Assembly: GCA_023489485.1 (NCBI GenBank)
Contig: JAMDCU010000158.1
Coordinates: forward strand, 1-63,111
Length of the DNA stretch: 63,111 nt
Reading direction: 5' to 3'
Origin: Chloroflexota bacterium
Lineage (GTDB): Bacteria; Chloroflexota; Anaerolineae; UBA4142
Shown here: positions 8,988 through 18,215 of the stretch, piece by piece
Layout: each line of letters starts with the position of its first letter
Numbering within the stretch: the stretch's first letter is position 1
Position numbers and translations under genes: made by a program
Notes under the pieces: model-generated
The model's database searches: none
Told to the model about the DNA's origin: nothing
What the model saw: the letters and a program-made list of their open reading frames with translations, nothing else

Positions 8988-11405
8988 GTGCAAGCGAGAA
9001 TCGCCAAGTTGACCCACGCGCTACAAGCCGCCCGCGCCAACGGGATTCCGGTGAGCACTGTAAAAGGACAGCTAATAACTGAAGCTTTCCAAGACACTGA
9101 AGGCCAACCCCAGATTATACGGAATGCCCTTGCCATCGCAAAGGTGCTGGACAACATTCCCATCTTCATTGAGGACGACGACATGTTGGCTGGCAACCTG
9201 GCAAGCAAGCCCGGAGGGGTTGAGCTTACCTGCCTGTGGGGGACCTGGTCTCCCACGGACCTCGATAGTCTCATCCAAGATGGTTTTAGCATCTCGGCCG
9301 ACGAGCGTGCAGAAATCGCCCGAATGAACGAATACTGGCGACGAAGGACCCTCACGGGCAGAATGGTGCAGCTCTATGACAACGAACGCCTCTGGCCCTA
9401 TGCGCAACTCGGCGTCGTGCTGCCCGCCTTTCGCAGCAAGGATGAGGGCTGGGGACCTGGAGGAATGATCGGCTGCGGGTACGGCGTCCGTCACGAGATC
9501 AGCCAGATTCTCGGGATCTTTGATTTTGAAAAGGTGCTAAACCAAGGGACCCGCCAGATCATCGAGGAGGCACAGCAAGAGCTACGCTCAACTCGAATTT
9601 TGAGCGCGGATGCCGTCAAGAAAGTGGATTATCTCAAAGCGGTGATTCTCGCGCATCAAGCGCTCATTCGCTTTGCTGGCCGGTTCGCTGTGCTTGCGAA
9701 AGAAATGGCAGCGAAGGAACAGAACCCAGAGCGCCGGGCTGAACTAGAGAAGATGGCGGTCACCTGCCGCTGGGTTCCCGCGAATCCGGCGCGCACGTTC
9801 TATGAGGCGATGCAGTCTTTCTGGCTCACGCTGTTAGTCCTGCTCCCTTCCGGGGTCCTGTCGTTAGGTCGCTTTGATCAATTCATGTATCCCTTCTACA
9901 AGCGGGACAGGGCGGTCCGCAGGATCACCGACGATCAAGTGTTGGAAGTACTTGAATGGCTTCGGTTCAAAGATTCACAGATTATTGTCACGGCGGGTTC
10001 TACCCATCGCAACAAATACGGCGGGCACGCGAAGTGGCACAATATGACGATCGGGGGTCAGACAGGAGACGGCCGAGACGCAACGAACGAATTGACCTTT
10101 CTCGTGCTGGAAGCAGCCAGGGATTGCCCGACGCCTCATCACACGATTACCTTGCGCGTCCATGACGGCATGCCTGCGGAGCTCATGCGGAAGGCGCTTG
10201 AATTGGTTCGGACGGGCATTGGCATGCCTGCCTTTATCGCCGACCAGTCCTGTATTGATTATTTGCTTTCGCATGGCATACCGTTGCGGGATGCACGAAA
10301 TTACGCCATTGCAGGCTGTCTCGCCATCAACGTTCCTACCCAATCGCGCACGATTGCTCACCCCATGTTTGTCGTACCGATGGTCTTTGAGTATGCGCTG
10401 AACAATGGCAGAGATCCGCGAACCGGGAAACAAGTGGGTCCCGAGACGGGCGAGTTTGAGAGTTTTGATTGTTTTGAAGATTGGATGAAAGCGCTTCAAT
10501 CCCAACTCGCTCATTTTATCGAGCTGCAGGCTGAGTTCAACAACATTACGATTCGCGCCTATGGCGAATTGTACCCGCAGCCGATCGAATCGTCGTTGAT
10601 GATCGATGGGATTCGAGCGGGCCGAGATATCCTTGAACGCACCCTGCCTTTGGAGAATGGCTCGGTGCTCAATCCTATTGGAATGATCAACGTTGCGGAT
10701 TCGATGGCGGCCATCAAGAAATTGGTCTTTGAGGAGAAAAAGATCTCACCCCGAGAGTTGATGGTAGCGCTTGCCGCCAATTGGGCGGGCGAAAGGAACC
10801 AGGAAATTCACCGCCTGTGTCTCGCCGCGCCCAAATACGGGAATGATGATGACTATGTAGATGACATTGCCCACGATCTCTATCAGTTTTGGGCGGCCAA
10901 GACGATGACGCTGGGCACCAGTCTGGGCGGGAAACAAAAGCCTGCTTCTATCACAATTGGGACATGCCAGATTCCCGGAGGAGCGGCAACCGGAGCGACG
11001 CCAGATGGCCGGTATGCCGGCGAGAGTCTTGCGGACGAGTCAATGGCGGCAATGCGAGGTCGGGATGTATGCGGACCCCGGGCACAGATCAAGAGCGCGG
11101 CGAAAATTGACCAGGTTCTGTATCAATCGACGTCACTCGATTTGAAATTCCATCCCGCGGCACTGGCGAATGAAGAAGGTTTGCAGAAACTGGGCGATTT
11201 GATCCTCACCTACTTTCGGGCCGGCGGCAAGCACATTCAATTCAATGTGGCGAGCAACCCGACATTGCTGGATGCACAGGAACACCCGGAGCAGCATAAG
11301 AACCTGATCGTCCGTATTGGGGGGTGCAGCGCGTATTTCGTCGAACTGACCAAGCCCGTCCAAGATGAAATCATCAAGCGGACTGAACACCAGCACGTGA
11401 GCTGA
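8988..11405 (+). CDS. Glycyl radical enzyme, divergent third paralogue (GRE3)
   Basis: LIVRIGGCSAYFVEL glycine-radical motif and Cys loop LRDARNYAIAGCLAINVPT. GTG at 8988 is preceded by GAGGAG; ATG at 8943 is the alternative start and overlaps the epimerase gene. Confidence 0.85.
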   Translation: MQARIAKLTHALQAARANGIPVSTVKGQLITEAFQDTEGQPQIIRNALAIAKVLDNIPIFIEDDDMLAGNLASKPGGVELTCLWGTWSPTDLDSLIQDGFSISADERAEIARMNEYWRRRTLTGRMVQLYDNERLWPYAQLGVVLPAFRSKDEGWGPGGMIGCGYGVRHEISQILGIFDFEKVLNQGTRQIIEEAQQELRSTRILSADAVKKVDYLKAVILAHQALIRFAGRFAVLAKEMAAKEQNPERRAELEKMAVTCRWVPANPARTFYEAMQSFWLTLLVLLPSGVLSLGRFDQFMYPFYKRDRAVRRITDDQVLEVLEWLRFKDSQIIVTAGSTHRNKYGGHAKWHNMTIGGQTGDGRDATNELTFLVLEAARDCPTPHHTITLRVHDGMPAELMRKALELVRTGIGMPAFIADQSCIDYLLSHGIPLRDARNYAIAGCLAINVPTQSRTIAHPMFVVPMVFEYALNNGRDPRTGKQVGPETGEFESFDCFEDWMKALQSQLAHFIELQAEFNNITIRAYGELYPQPIESSLMIDGIRAGRDILERTLPLENGSVLNPIGMINVADSMAAIKKLVFEEKKISPRELMVALAANWAGERNQEIHRLCLAAPKYGNDDDYVDDIAHDLYQFWAAKTMTLGTSLGGKQKPASITIGTCQIPGGAATGATPDGRYAGESLADESMAAMRGRDVCGPRAQIKSAAKIDQVLYQSTSLDLKFHPAALANEEGLQKLGDLILTYFRAGGKHIQFNVASNPTLLDAQEHPEQHKNLIVRIGGCSAYFVELTKPVQDEIIKRTEHQHVS

Positions 11406-11738
11406 AGTAACAATAGGAAGGGAGCTTGAATATATATCCGATTCTGTCGCCGAAAACTGCAATTGAGGCCACGCAGGAGTCTCCCCAGGGCAAGGGCCTC
11501 GATTGTGAGCTGGGAACAAATCACGCAAGTGACGGCCTAGCCGGATCGCATCGGGGGAATGCAGGTGTTCATCGAGAAACGTCAGCCAAAGTTCAAAGGT
11601 GAAATGGCAAAAAAGTCTGTGGATCGGCACGTAAGGCACGGGCTGTCATGAGCACGCGTTGATAGAATCCGTGGGGTTCCTGCGAGAACGAACAAACTAC
11701 CCGTTGTGATTGAAAAATCACTCCGCTGAGAGAGAGCA

Positions 11739-11775
11739 GACCTCCTGAGCCTCAGCCTCTCAGGAGGTCTTTTTT
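11739..11775 (+). terminator. Rho-independent terminator
   Basis: gacctcctgag-cctcagcct-ctcaggaggtc followed by tttttt. Confidence 0.6.
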
Positions 11776-11873
11776 GTCGGCACCCGATTCCGATTTGAAG
11801 CCGGTCATGTCTAGGCCCGTAAGAGTTCTCCATTCCAACACCTGTAGTCGCTGAAAGCCTTGTCCACCCCAGT

Positions 11874-12650
11874 TTAGGTAGCCCTTCGTGGCTCACGCTG
11901 CCAACCGGTAATCATGGTGCAGCCTGTTGAGAACGGGAGGGCAATGATCTTGCCTTTCTTCTCTTTCTCTGGAACCGCCGTAGCCCCCTCTGGAATCTGT
12001 TGGCCAATTCTCTGACGTGGCCGCGCTCGGTTGAAATACGCCATGTATTCCCGGATCACCCGATACAGATGTTGTTCCCCCAATACCAGGCTGTGATTGA
12101 GGCATTCTCTTCGGACATTCCCCAAGAACCGTTCACAAATTTCATTCGCTTTTGGCGCACGGTAGGGCGGCTTCAAAACCTCGATTGATGTGCCGACGGC
12201 GACCCGCGTGAAGGCTTCGCCATATCTGCTGGCCCCGTATCAAGAAACGCAGTGCCTGTCCGAACGGGGCGGCCTCGCGCAGTTGTTGAGCTACCCACTC
12301 ATCCGTTGGTGAACGCGTGACTTCAAAATGCACCATTCGCCGTGCAGCGAGCTAAATGATGAAAAAGAGATAAAGGGGACGGAACCACAGGTCGATGACT
12401 GGTAGGAAAAGACGGGCTTCTTGATTTGGCGGTGAAGGACGCTGAGTTGTTGGCGGAGCCGGCCATTTTCAGCGATGGGGTCGGCTTTGTTCCGTGTAAG
12501 GTCCGTGACGGTGCTGAGGGCAATCAAGTGGCGCGAAGGTTGGGTGAAGTGCAAGTAGATCCGTTCAAGAAAAGCGATGGGGCGGCTGAGCCATAGGGTC
12601 TGCCGCTGGCAGCGGGTGAACACAGGATTGGACTCCAGGAAAGCTGTCAA
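11874..12650 (-). pseudogene. Degenerate rve (integrase-core) DDE transposase, split over three reading frames
   Basis: Three successive - strand ORFs (12291-12650, 12142-12336, 11874-12176) together read as one transposase: ...HFEVTRSPTDEWVAQQLREAAPFGQ.., ..PYRAPKANEICERFLGNVRRECLNH..EYMAYFNRARPRQ. A related C-terminal fragment recurs at 62478-62735. Confidence 0.6.
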
Positions 12651-12744
12651 AGACTATCAATGGAGTCAAGTCCCGGACGAGTGGGGCTTTCAGCCAGCAC
12701 AGGCCTAGGTCATTGGCAAAGTCAGATGGACAGACAAGACAAAC

Positions 12745-12911
12745 GGAGACGCTCCATGAGGAAAAAGTGGAGAAGGTCGCTCATCGGAAGAGAAAGGCAG
12801 TAAAGGCCTTCTCCCTGCAGCAACCGCAGCATTCTCCGCTTCGGCGAAAACAGGAGAAGGCCGGTAGCCCCGGGCGCTTGCCGATCCGCGAGGAGTTGGG
12901 ATAATCTCGCG
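12745..12911. repeat. Direct repeat copy A (copy B = 62947-63111)
   Basis: ggagacgctccatga...gaggagttgggataatctcg. I count 3 mismatches near the 5' end, then identity up to the window edge of copy B. Confidence 0.85.
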
Positions 12912-12925
12912 TCTGGAAAAACAAG

Positions 12926-12952
12926 AACCAGCCTGAAAAATAGGCTGGTTTT
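12926..12952. terminator. Hairpin with flanking T/A runs (possible bidirectional terminator)
   Basis: aaccagcc-tgaaaaata-ggctggtt followed by tt. The reverse strand reads the same stem followed by cttgttttt. Confidence 0.4.
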
Positions 12953-12961
12953 GATCTCAAG

Positions 12962-13004
12962 AGCGGAAGACGGGATTTGAACCCGCGACCTTCTCCTTGG
13001 CAAG
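12962..13004 (-). other. 3' half of a tRNA-Gly(GCC): anticodon loop to discriminator, not a complete gene
   Basis: The - strand reads CTTGCCAAG GAGA AGGTC GCGGG-TTCAAAT-CCCGT CTTCCGC T. This gives a Gly GCC anticodon loop, T-arm, 3' acceptor strand and U discriminator. No matching 5' acceptor strand (GCGGAAG) or D-arm lies upstream. Confidence 0.55.
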
Positions 13005-13180
13005 AATCCCCTAGCACTTAGAAGAGAAGGACGATAGAGAAAGTTACGACCGTCTTCCATCACGCAAAAGCCAAAACATTTCGTAAGAGAGAATGACGCT
13101 CTTGATTATATGCAGATAGCAATTGCAGTCAAGAAGACGAATTGACTCATCAAGAATGTCGGTGAAATGAATTCGTTGAC

Positions 13181-13672
13181 TCACGGATAAGTGTCGTCCA
13201 AATTCGCTCGTTGCCTCGCAAATGATTGTCGGTGAAAGGACAGCTCGGTTTCAACGCCGCCAACCGCCGATCCACCTCTGCTTTTACTTTGGACAGGCTC
13301 AAACTCGCATACCGGGCTTTCTGTTTGCCCGCGGGACAGTACCTTGCAATCGAGCAAGCGCTGACACGGCGTCCTGGGGTCATCATAAATCTTCTTGATT
13401 TTGCTCCCCACCCACCGCTTGCTTTTCAACCTCATGACGAGTTTGAAAAAGTTGATAAACAAACGAGCCATGGCATAGATGGCATTCAATTGATCGACCT
13501 GCGCTTGGGTGGCGTAGCCTCCGTACCCGACCAGATGGCGCACTACCGTCCGATTCTTCTGCTCCACCCGCGCATTGCCATTTTTCTTGCTGGCACGGCT
13601 GCTTGTGAACCGGAGGTGCTCGGCTTTACAATACCGATGCAGTTGGTCGTTAATTGTACGGTCTAGCGACAT
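13181..13672 (-). pseudogene. 5'-truncated DDE integrase-core transposase fragment
   Basis: ..INDQLHRYCKAEHLRFTSSRASKKNGNARVEQKNRTVVRHLVGY.. matches the C-terminal half of rve-type transposases. The N-terminal catalytic part is missing. Confidence 0.5.
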
Positions 13673-14092
13673 CGTTTACACATTTGAGTATTACGCTAGT
13701 TAAAAGGAGTCTTGCAACATCGTTAACACCTCGCGCCGTCGCTACCGCCGTAGAAACTCAGGATGCAAGGGCACGACCGGTTCACGCAAGCGATAGGCCC
13801 AGATCTTGAGCAGTCGTGCGGGCCGGTGCGCCGAGCGTCAGCGATACACCAAGAGCTGCTTGTGCCACGTGTCGATCACGTCCCCGCCCAAGTTGGCGGC
13901 ACTTGGAACTCGCTCGCTGCAGCTGGGTCAGCACAGGAGCTTTTCACTGATTTCTTGCAAACACTTCGAACATCTCATCTTGGTTTCCTCCAAAACTCAA
14001 TATAGATCGTATCTGAATCATTGAGGAACAACTCATGAATATTCGCCACGGCATCCTTGAAGCAAAGCCTCCCGGGCCTTGTTTTCTTCCGT

Positions 14093-16690
14093 CTATTGGA
14101 GCTCAAGCGAAGCGTTGATGCTTCGCACCGGCACATCCAGGGGCGACGTCTGTATCCCAAGTTCAACGAAGCCACGGTTGGGGTCCACCGGCACTTGAAA
14201 TCGAAAGGCTTTCCATTCACCAGTATTCGTCAAGCGAACCGAGGCGTAGTTGTAAAAGGTGCCGCCCGGAACCTCCAAATTAAAGGCCACCCATCCGGTG
14301 CCGATGTCGAGGGCGACCATTTGGACCCAGACCCATTTGGCAGAAGGGGGTGTCTCTACATAAAGCCCGGCGGCATTTGAGTGTGCCAGAACCGACCTAA
14401 CGGTGCCATTTCCAACGCTCTCGGGACCTGACCAGCCATCAGGCGACAATGAAACAGCCAGTGGAGATTGCGCAGTGAGGGCTTCGTCCAGCGGGCCAAC
14501 ATGGTAGATCCCGGTGTTATCCCACGACTGAAAGACGATGGGGAAGTACTTGGGAGAACCCAGGTAACGATTGAGTGGCAGGTCATTGTACCGCTCCCAG
14601 ACTTGCCACCAGATCACATCGAAGACCACGCTTACGTTATTTGCCCGAAGATATCTCTCAATTTGTTCGGGGTCCTGCATCTTGTACAACTCGCGGGCTT
14701 CCCACCCATCCAGGTAAAAAAAGTAATCGTTGTCAGCATCTTTGATGTAATAGATCTGGGTGTCGTACGTGGCGACCCGCTGTCCTTTTTGCAAATGCTC
14801 GTCCAACCACCTCCAACCTCTGGCCCCGCCTCCATAGAAGCTGTTTACCGCATCCCATTTATCCATGCCCGGATTCCTTAGATAGACCAGATAATCCGGT
14901 GCAGGGGTCGCCCAATCGACCGCCGGGTAGTTTTTCCCCCCGAAAACAACCAGAGATGTCGGGAAAATAAAGGTCAGTGCAATTCCAATTGCGAGGGTTG
15001 CTTGTACCGGGCGCCGGCTGGTTAGCTCCGATTGCCCCTGTCGCACTGCCCATCCCATCGCCTTTGCTATCGGCAGTGCCGTCAAGAGCGCGATACCCGG
15101 GAGAAAGGGAATGAAGTACCTAGTGAAGATGTTGGCAACGCCGCTGAGAACGATCAGGGCGGGGATGAGAGTGAAAATGGCGGCAACCCACCAAAGAGAT
15201 CTCGATCCTTTGCAGAGAGCGAGTATGATGCCTGGAATCGTCAATATAGTTAAGGTGGGAAAGCTGCTCCGGTTGACTAAAAGTGTGCCAATCCATTCCT
15301 GCCAGCTTGGATAATAAGTGCCGAAAAAGGAATGATAGCTATCGAGATTTACGCCTCTGATCGTGGTGGCCAGAATGCCGGGCTCGATATTAATTCCGCC
15401 CAAAACGCCATAGGCAAACGGATAAATGGGATTCCCCACTAAAAGTAGGTTTCGCAGATACCAGACCGAACCCGTAAGGATGGTCGCTAAAGCCAGTAGG
15501 AAAGCGTTTCGCAGGTTTCTCATTCGTTTTTCTGATTCTGCCCACGCAACAACTGACAGGCATGCAGCCGCCGCCCCCACTGCATAGAAGAATCCCTGAT
15601 ACGAGGTCAGGAAGTCAAAACCAAGAAAAACACCAGAGGTGATCCAATAACGGGCCCTGTTCGTCTTGACGCCATAAAGCAGAAAGAGGAGGCTTGTGCT
15701 CACGAAAAAAGCCTGCATGAGGTAGCTAATTGCGTACATGGCATGGACGAGATAGATCGGACTGATGGCCAATAGGAGTACGGAGATTTTCCCGTAGCGC
15801 CTGTCCAGCAAGAACTCGCCAATTTGATAGACGACGAACAACAAGAGGACGGCCACGATGGGTGGAATTAGACGCAGGTACATGTCTTCAATCTGGCCGA
15901 CCTGCACATCGTAAAAGGCCCCCAATGCCGAAAACAGCGGAGGGAAGCTATCGCTCATTTCGAGCCCGACCCCTGGTCCTGTAATGACAGGAATGCCGTG
16001 ATGGTAGAACATGATCTTGGCCATCACGGCATGGTATGTCTGAGCATCCCAATGAACGATCGGAGTTGCAACCGCATGATAATAAACCGACAAGCAGAGG
16101 AACGCTACAAAAGCCAAGAATAGCCAGGAGCTTTTGCTTTGTCTAGGGTGATCAAAGCGCCACATCAAGAACGACTCTTCCAGGTGCACTAGATATGGCC
16201 GGATGGCGAATCGATCACGCATCCCTTGCAGAATCAGAAGAACAAAGACGAGGTAAACCGTGGTGGCACTGATTGCCATCCAATATAGCTGTCCGGCAAT
16301 CCCCAGCATGATAGTAACCAAACCCGTGAATCCGAAACCAAAACCCGCCGCTGCAATCCGTCTCAATGCCAAGCTGCTCTCATCTCGGAGGATCAAGCCG
16401 GCAGCCAGAGTCCCGATAACAACAATTTCGGCGGAAGCCACTAGCGCCGAAAGTGGACCAGCCACCTGAATTGGCGTGTAGTGGATTTCAGGTTGGCTCA
16501 GCCAGTCAACGATCTGCCCGAGAGGCTGTAACCAATCCTGATGGACGTAGAGATTGATCATCCAGGAAAGGAACCACGTCGCGGCAATAGCACCTGCCAG
16601 CCACTGCCGTAGTTCTGAGCGAGTCATGCTTGCCGCGAGCTGTCTAGCGTCCGAGAAGATGTTACTTGCGCGCGGGAGAGGAATGTTCAT
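14093..16690 (-). CDS. Large polytopic membrane protein with a C-terminal soluble domain; possibly a GT-C (ArnT/PMT-like) glycosyltransferase
   Basis: 865 aa. About 500 aa of repeated hydrophobic helices, then a ~300 aa soluble Trp/Tyr-rich domain. Its ATG overlaps the upstream rSAM stop (ATGA at 16687-16690). The family call is tentative. Confidence 0.5.
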   Translation of the reverse strand: MNIPLPRASNIFSDARQLAASMTRSELRQWLAGAIAATWFLSWMINLYVHQDWLQPLGQIVDWLSQPEIHYTPIQVAGPLSALVASAEIVVIGTLAAGLILRDESSLALRRIAAAGFGFGFTGLVTIMLGIAGQLYWMAISATTVYLVFVLLILQGMRDRFAIRPYLVHLEESFLMWRFDHPRQSKSSWLFLAFVAFLCLSVYYHAVATPIVHWDAQTYHAVMAKIMFYHHGIPVITGPGVGLEMSDSFPPLFSALGAFYDVQVGQIEDMYLRLIPPIVAVLLLFVVYQIGEFLLDRRYGKISVLLLAISPIYLVHAMYAISYLMQAFFVSTSLLFLLYGVKTNRARYWITSGVFLGFDFLTSYQGFFYAVGAAAACLSVVAWAESEKRMRNLRNAFLLALATILTGSVWYLRNLLLVGNPIYPFAYGVLGGINIEPGILATTIRGVNLDSYHSFFGTYYPSWQEWIGTLLVNRSSFPTLTILTIPGIILALCKGSRSLWWVAAIFTLIPALIVLSGVANIFTRYFIPFLPGIALLTALPIAKAMGWAVRQGQSELTSRRPVQATLAIGIALTFIFPTSLVVFGGKNYPAVDWATPAPDYLVYLRNPGMDKWDAVNSFYGGGARGWRWLDEHLQKGQRVATYDTQIYYIKDADNDYFFYLDGWEARELYKMQDPEQIERYLRANNVSVVFDVIWWQVWERYNDLPLNRYLGSPKYFPIVFQSWDNTGIYHVGPLDEALTAQSPLAVSLSPDGWSGPESVGNGTVRSVLAHSNAAGLYVETPPSAKWVWVQMVALDIGTGWVAFNLEVPGGTFYNYASVRLTNTGEWKAFRFQVPVDPNRGFVELGIQTSPLDVPVRSINASLELQ

Positions 16691-18126
16691 GTGGGTTGAG
16701 TCTCACCTCTGGCTTGGATGAATTCTCGTCCCCATCTGTACGCTTGCGCCAGTCCTCGGGGAGATCGAATCAATTTCAGGTTCCTCCAGATCACGCGGGG
16801 CCGCAAATAGAACTTGCGATAGGCCGAGGTCTTCATTGGCAGCACAAGTTCGGGCCGGAGGACATGGTTCGAAATGACGTAGGTAGAATAGTCATATTTG
16901 GACCAATCTCGCGTCGCCAGCCATCCCCTTGATACGCATTCACGGTAAAAAGCCGTCCCGGGGTACGGAACAGCCGGGTAAAAGGCCGCATAATCCGGAT
17001 CGATTTGCAGAGACAGTTGGATCGTTTGCTCCATGGTAGTCTGATTGTCTCCGAGGTAGCCGAGGATGAAAAACGCGAACGAAATGATGCCGGCCTGTTG
17101 GAGCCACTGGAATGCTAGGCGGATGCGATCGCAGTCGAATCGCTTGGACATGGTCTTGCGGATATGATCATCACCTGTCTCAACTCCCACGGATAGCATC
17201 CAACAGCCTGATGCTTTTAGCTTCTGAACAAAGTCATAGCTCGGCAACGTATCCACGCGTGCATTGGCCATCCAGCGGATGGGTAGGCCTCGGCGCTGTA
17301 CCTCCGCGGAAAACTCTTTCAGGAAACGATGCCCCATCGTGACAGTGTCGCCCCAGAGGTAGATATACCGCGTCGCGTGTCGCTTATACACGTCTTCAAT
17401 TTCATTCACAATGGATTCTGTATTACGCTGGCGGAAGACGCGACCGTGAGTCAACGGCACGACACAAAAATCACAGGCGGGCGGGCATCCTCGCGACGTT
17501 TCTACGAGAACATAGGGCTCATCAATGAGGGGCAGTCGATACAGATCCAGGGGAAGCAAATCCCAGGCCGGGCTAGGGAGTAGATCAAGATCCAACACGT
17601 GGCTGGGGCCGGCTCCCGAAAGAATGGCATCTCCGCTTCGAGAAGCGATGCCCTGCACCTCTGAAAGTATCACCCGGTCGAACTGAGCACAGAGTTCAAC
17701 TATCGGCAGTTCGGGTTCACCTACGACGGCAACATCCAGCCACGGAAACTCTTCCAATGTTTCTCGCGGGATCCCGGAAGTGTGCGGGCCAATCGCAACG
17801 AGTAACGAACTCCATTGCTCTTTCAATTCCCGTGCTACCTGCATATCCGATTGAACCGTGGGCGTCGTAGTTGCCAGGACGATGATGTCGGGCCGCTCTA
17901 TGGCCTTGGCCGTCTGCCCTACGATGGCCCGAGTGGACAAACGGCAGATGTTTGCGTCTACCAGCGCGACCGCATGACCCTTGCTTCTCAGGAGCGAAGC
18001 GAGGATCGCGAGCGATAACGGCGGTTTCGCCGTTCCCAAGACACTTTCACGTTCCTGACAGCGTCCCTCTCTGGAATAGCGTATATTCCTTACTGGAGGT
18101 GGGTTGAGCAGAAGAACTCGGCTCAT
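16687..18126 (-). CDS. B12-binding-domain radical SAM enzyme (class B)
   Basis: The N-terminal region LLNPPP..LGTAKPPLSLAILASLLRSKGH is typical of the B12-binding domain. The radical SAM cluster motif is ETSRGCPPACDFCVVP (CxxxCxxC). Confidence 0.85.
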   Translation of the reverse strand: MSRVLLLNPPPVRNIRYSREGRCQERESVLGTAKPPLSLAILASLLRSKGHAVALVDANICRLSTRAIVGQTAKAIERPDIIVLATTTPTVQSDMQVARELKEQWSSLLVAIGPHTSGIPRETLEEFPWLDVAVVGEPELPIVELCAQFDRVILSEVQGIASRSGDAILSGAGPSHVLDLDLLPSPAWDLLPLDLYRLPLIDEPYVLVETSRGCPPACDFCVVPLTHGRVFRQRNTESIVNEIEDVYKRHATRYIYLWGDTVTMGHRFLKEFSAEVQRRGLPIRWMANARVDTLPSYDFVQKLKASGCWMLSVGVETGDDHIRKTMSKRFDCDRIRLAFQWLQQAGIISFAFFILGYLGDNQTTMEQTIQLSLQIDPDYAAFYPAVPYPGTAFYRECVSRGWLATRDWSKYDYSTYVISNHVLRPELVLPMKTSAYRKFYLRPRVIWRNLKLIRSPRGLAQAYRWGREFIQARGETQPT

Positions 18127-18215
18127 GGCGATGCATCCTGTCTGCTTGGAATAACGCGTAGGCAGACGCTACTGAGCAGGATTTCTCCAGATAGATTGCT
18201 CCAGTGAAAGAGCTA

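Noticed and set aside
11541-11651. Enoyl-CoA hydratase/crotonase C-terminal remnant (..GMQVFIEKRQPKFKGE..)
   Set aside because: Only about 36 codons, preceded by an in-frame stop. Too short to call a gene or pseudogene with confidence.
12713-12904. 63-aa ORF (and its copy in 62759-63106) as a small basic protein
   Set aside because: No RBS seen, and the sequence is extremely basic and low-complexity. The region folds into several helices and is better explained as a repeat or RNA.
12962-13060. A complete, unusual (long-arm or Sec-like) tRNA gene
   Set aside because: GGAAGAC at 13042-13048 (- strand) can pair with GTCTTCC, but that pairing overlaps the T-stem. No D-arm or anticodon stem can be drawn. 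Only the 3' half matches tRNA-Gly(GCC).
16687-18126. The radical SAM gene as the missing GRE activating enzyme
   Set aside because: It has an N-terminal B12-binding domain and is 479 aa, with the CxxxCxxC motif mid-protein. GRE activases are small with an N-terminal cluster motif. It is also on the opposite strand, 5 kb away, and coupled to a membrane protein.
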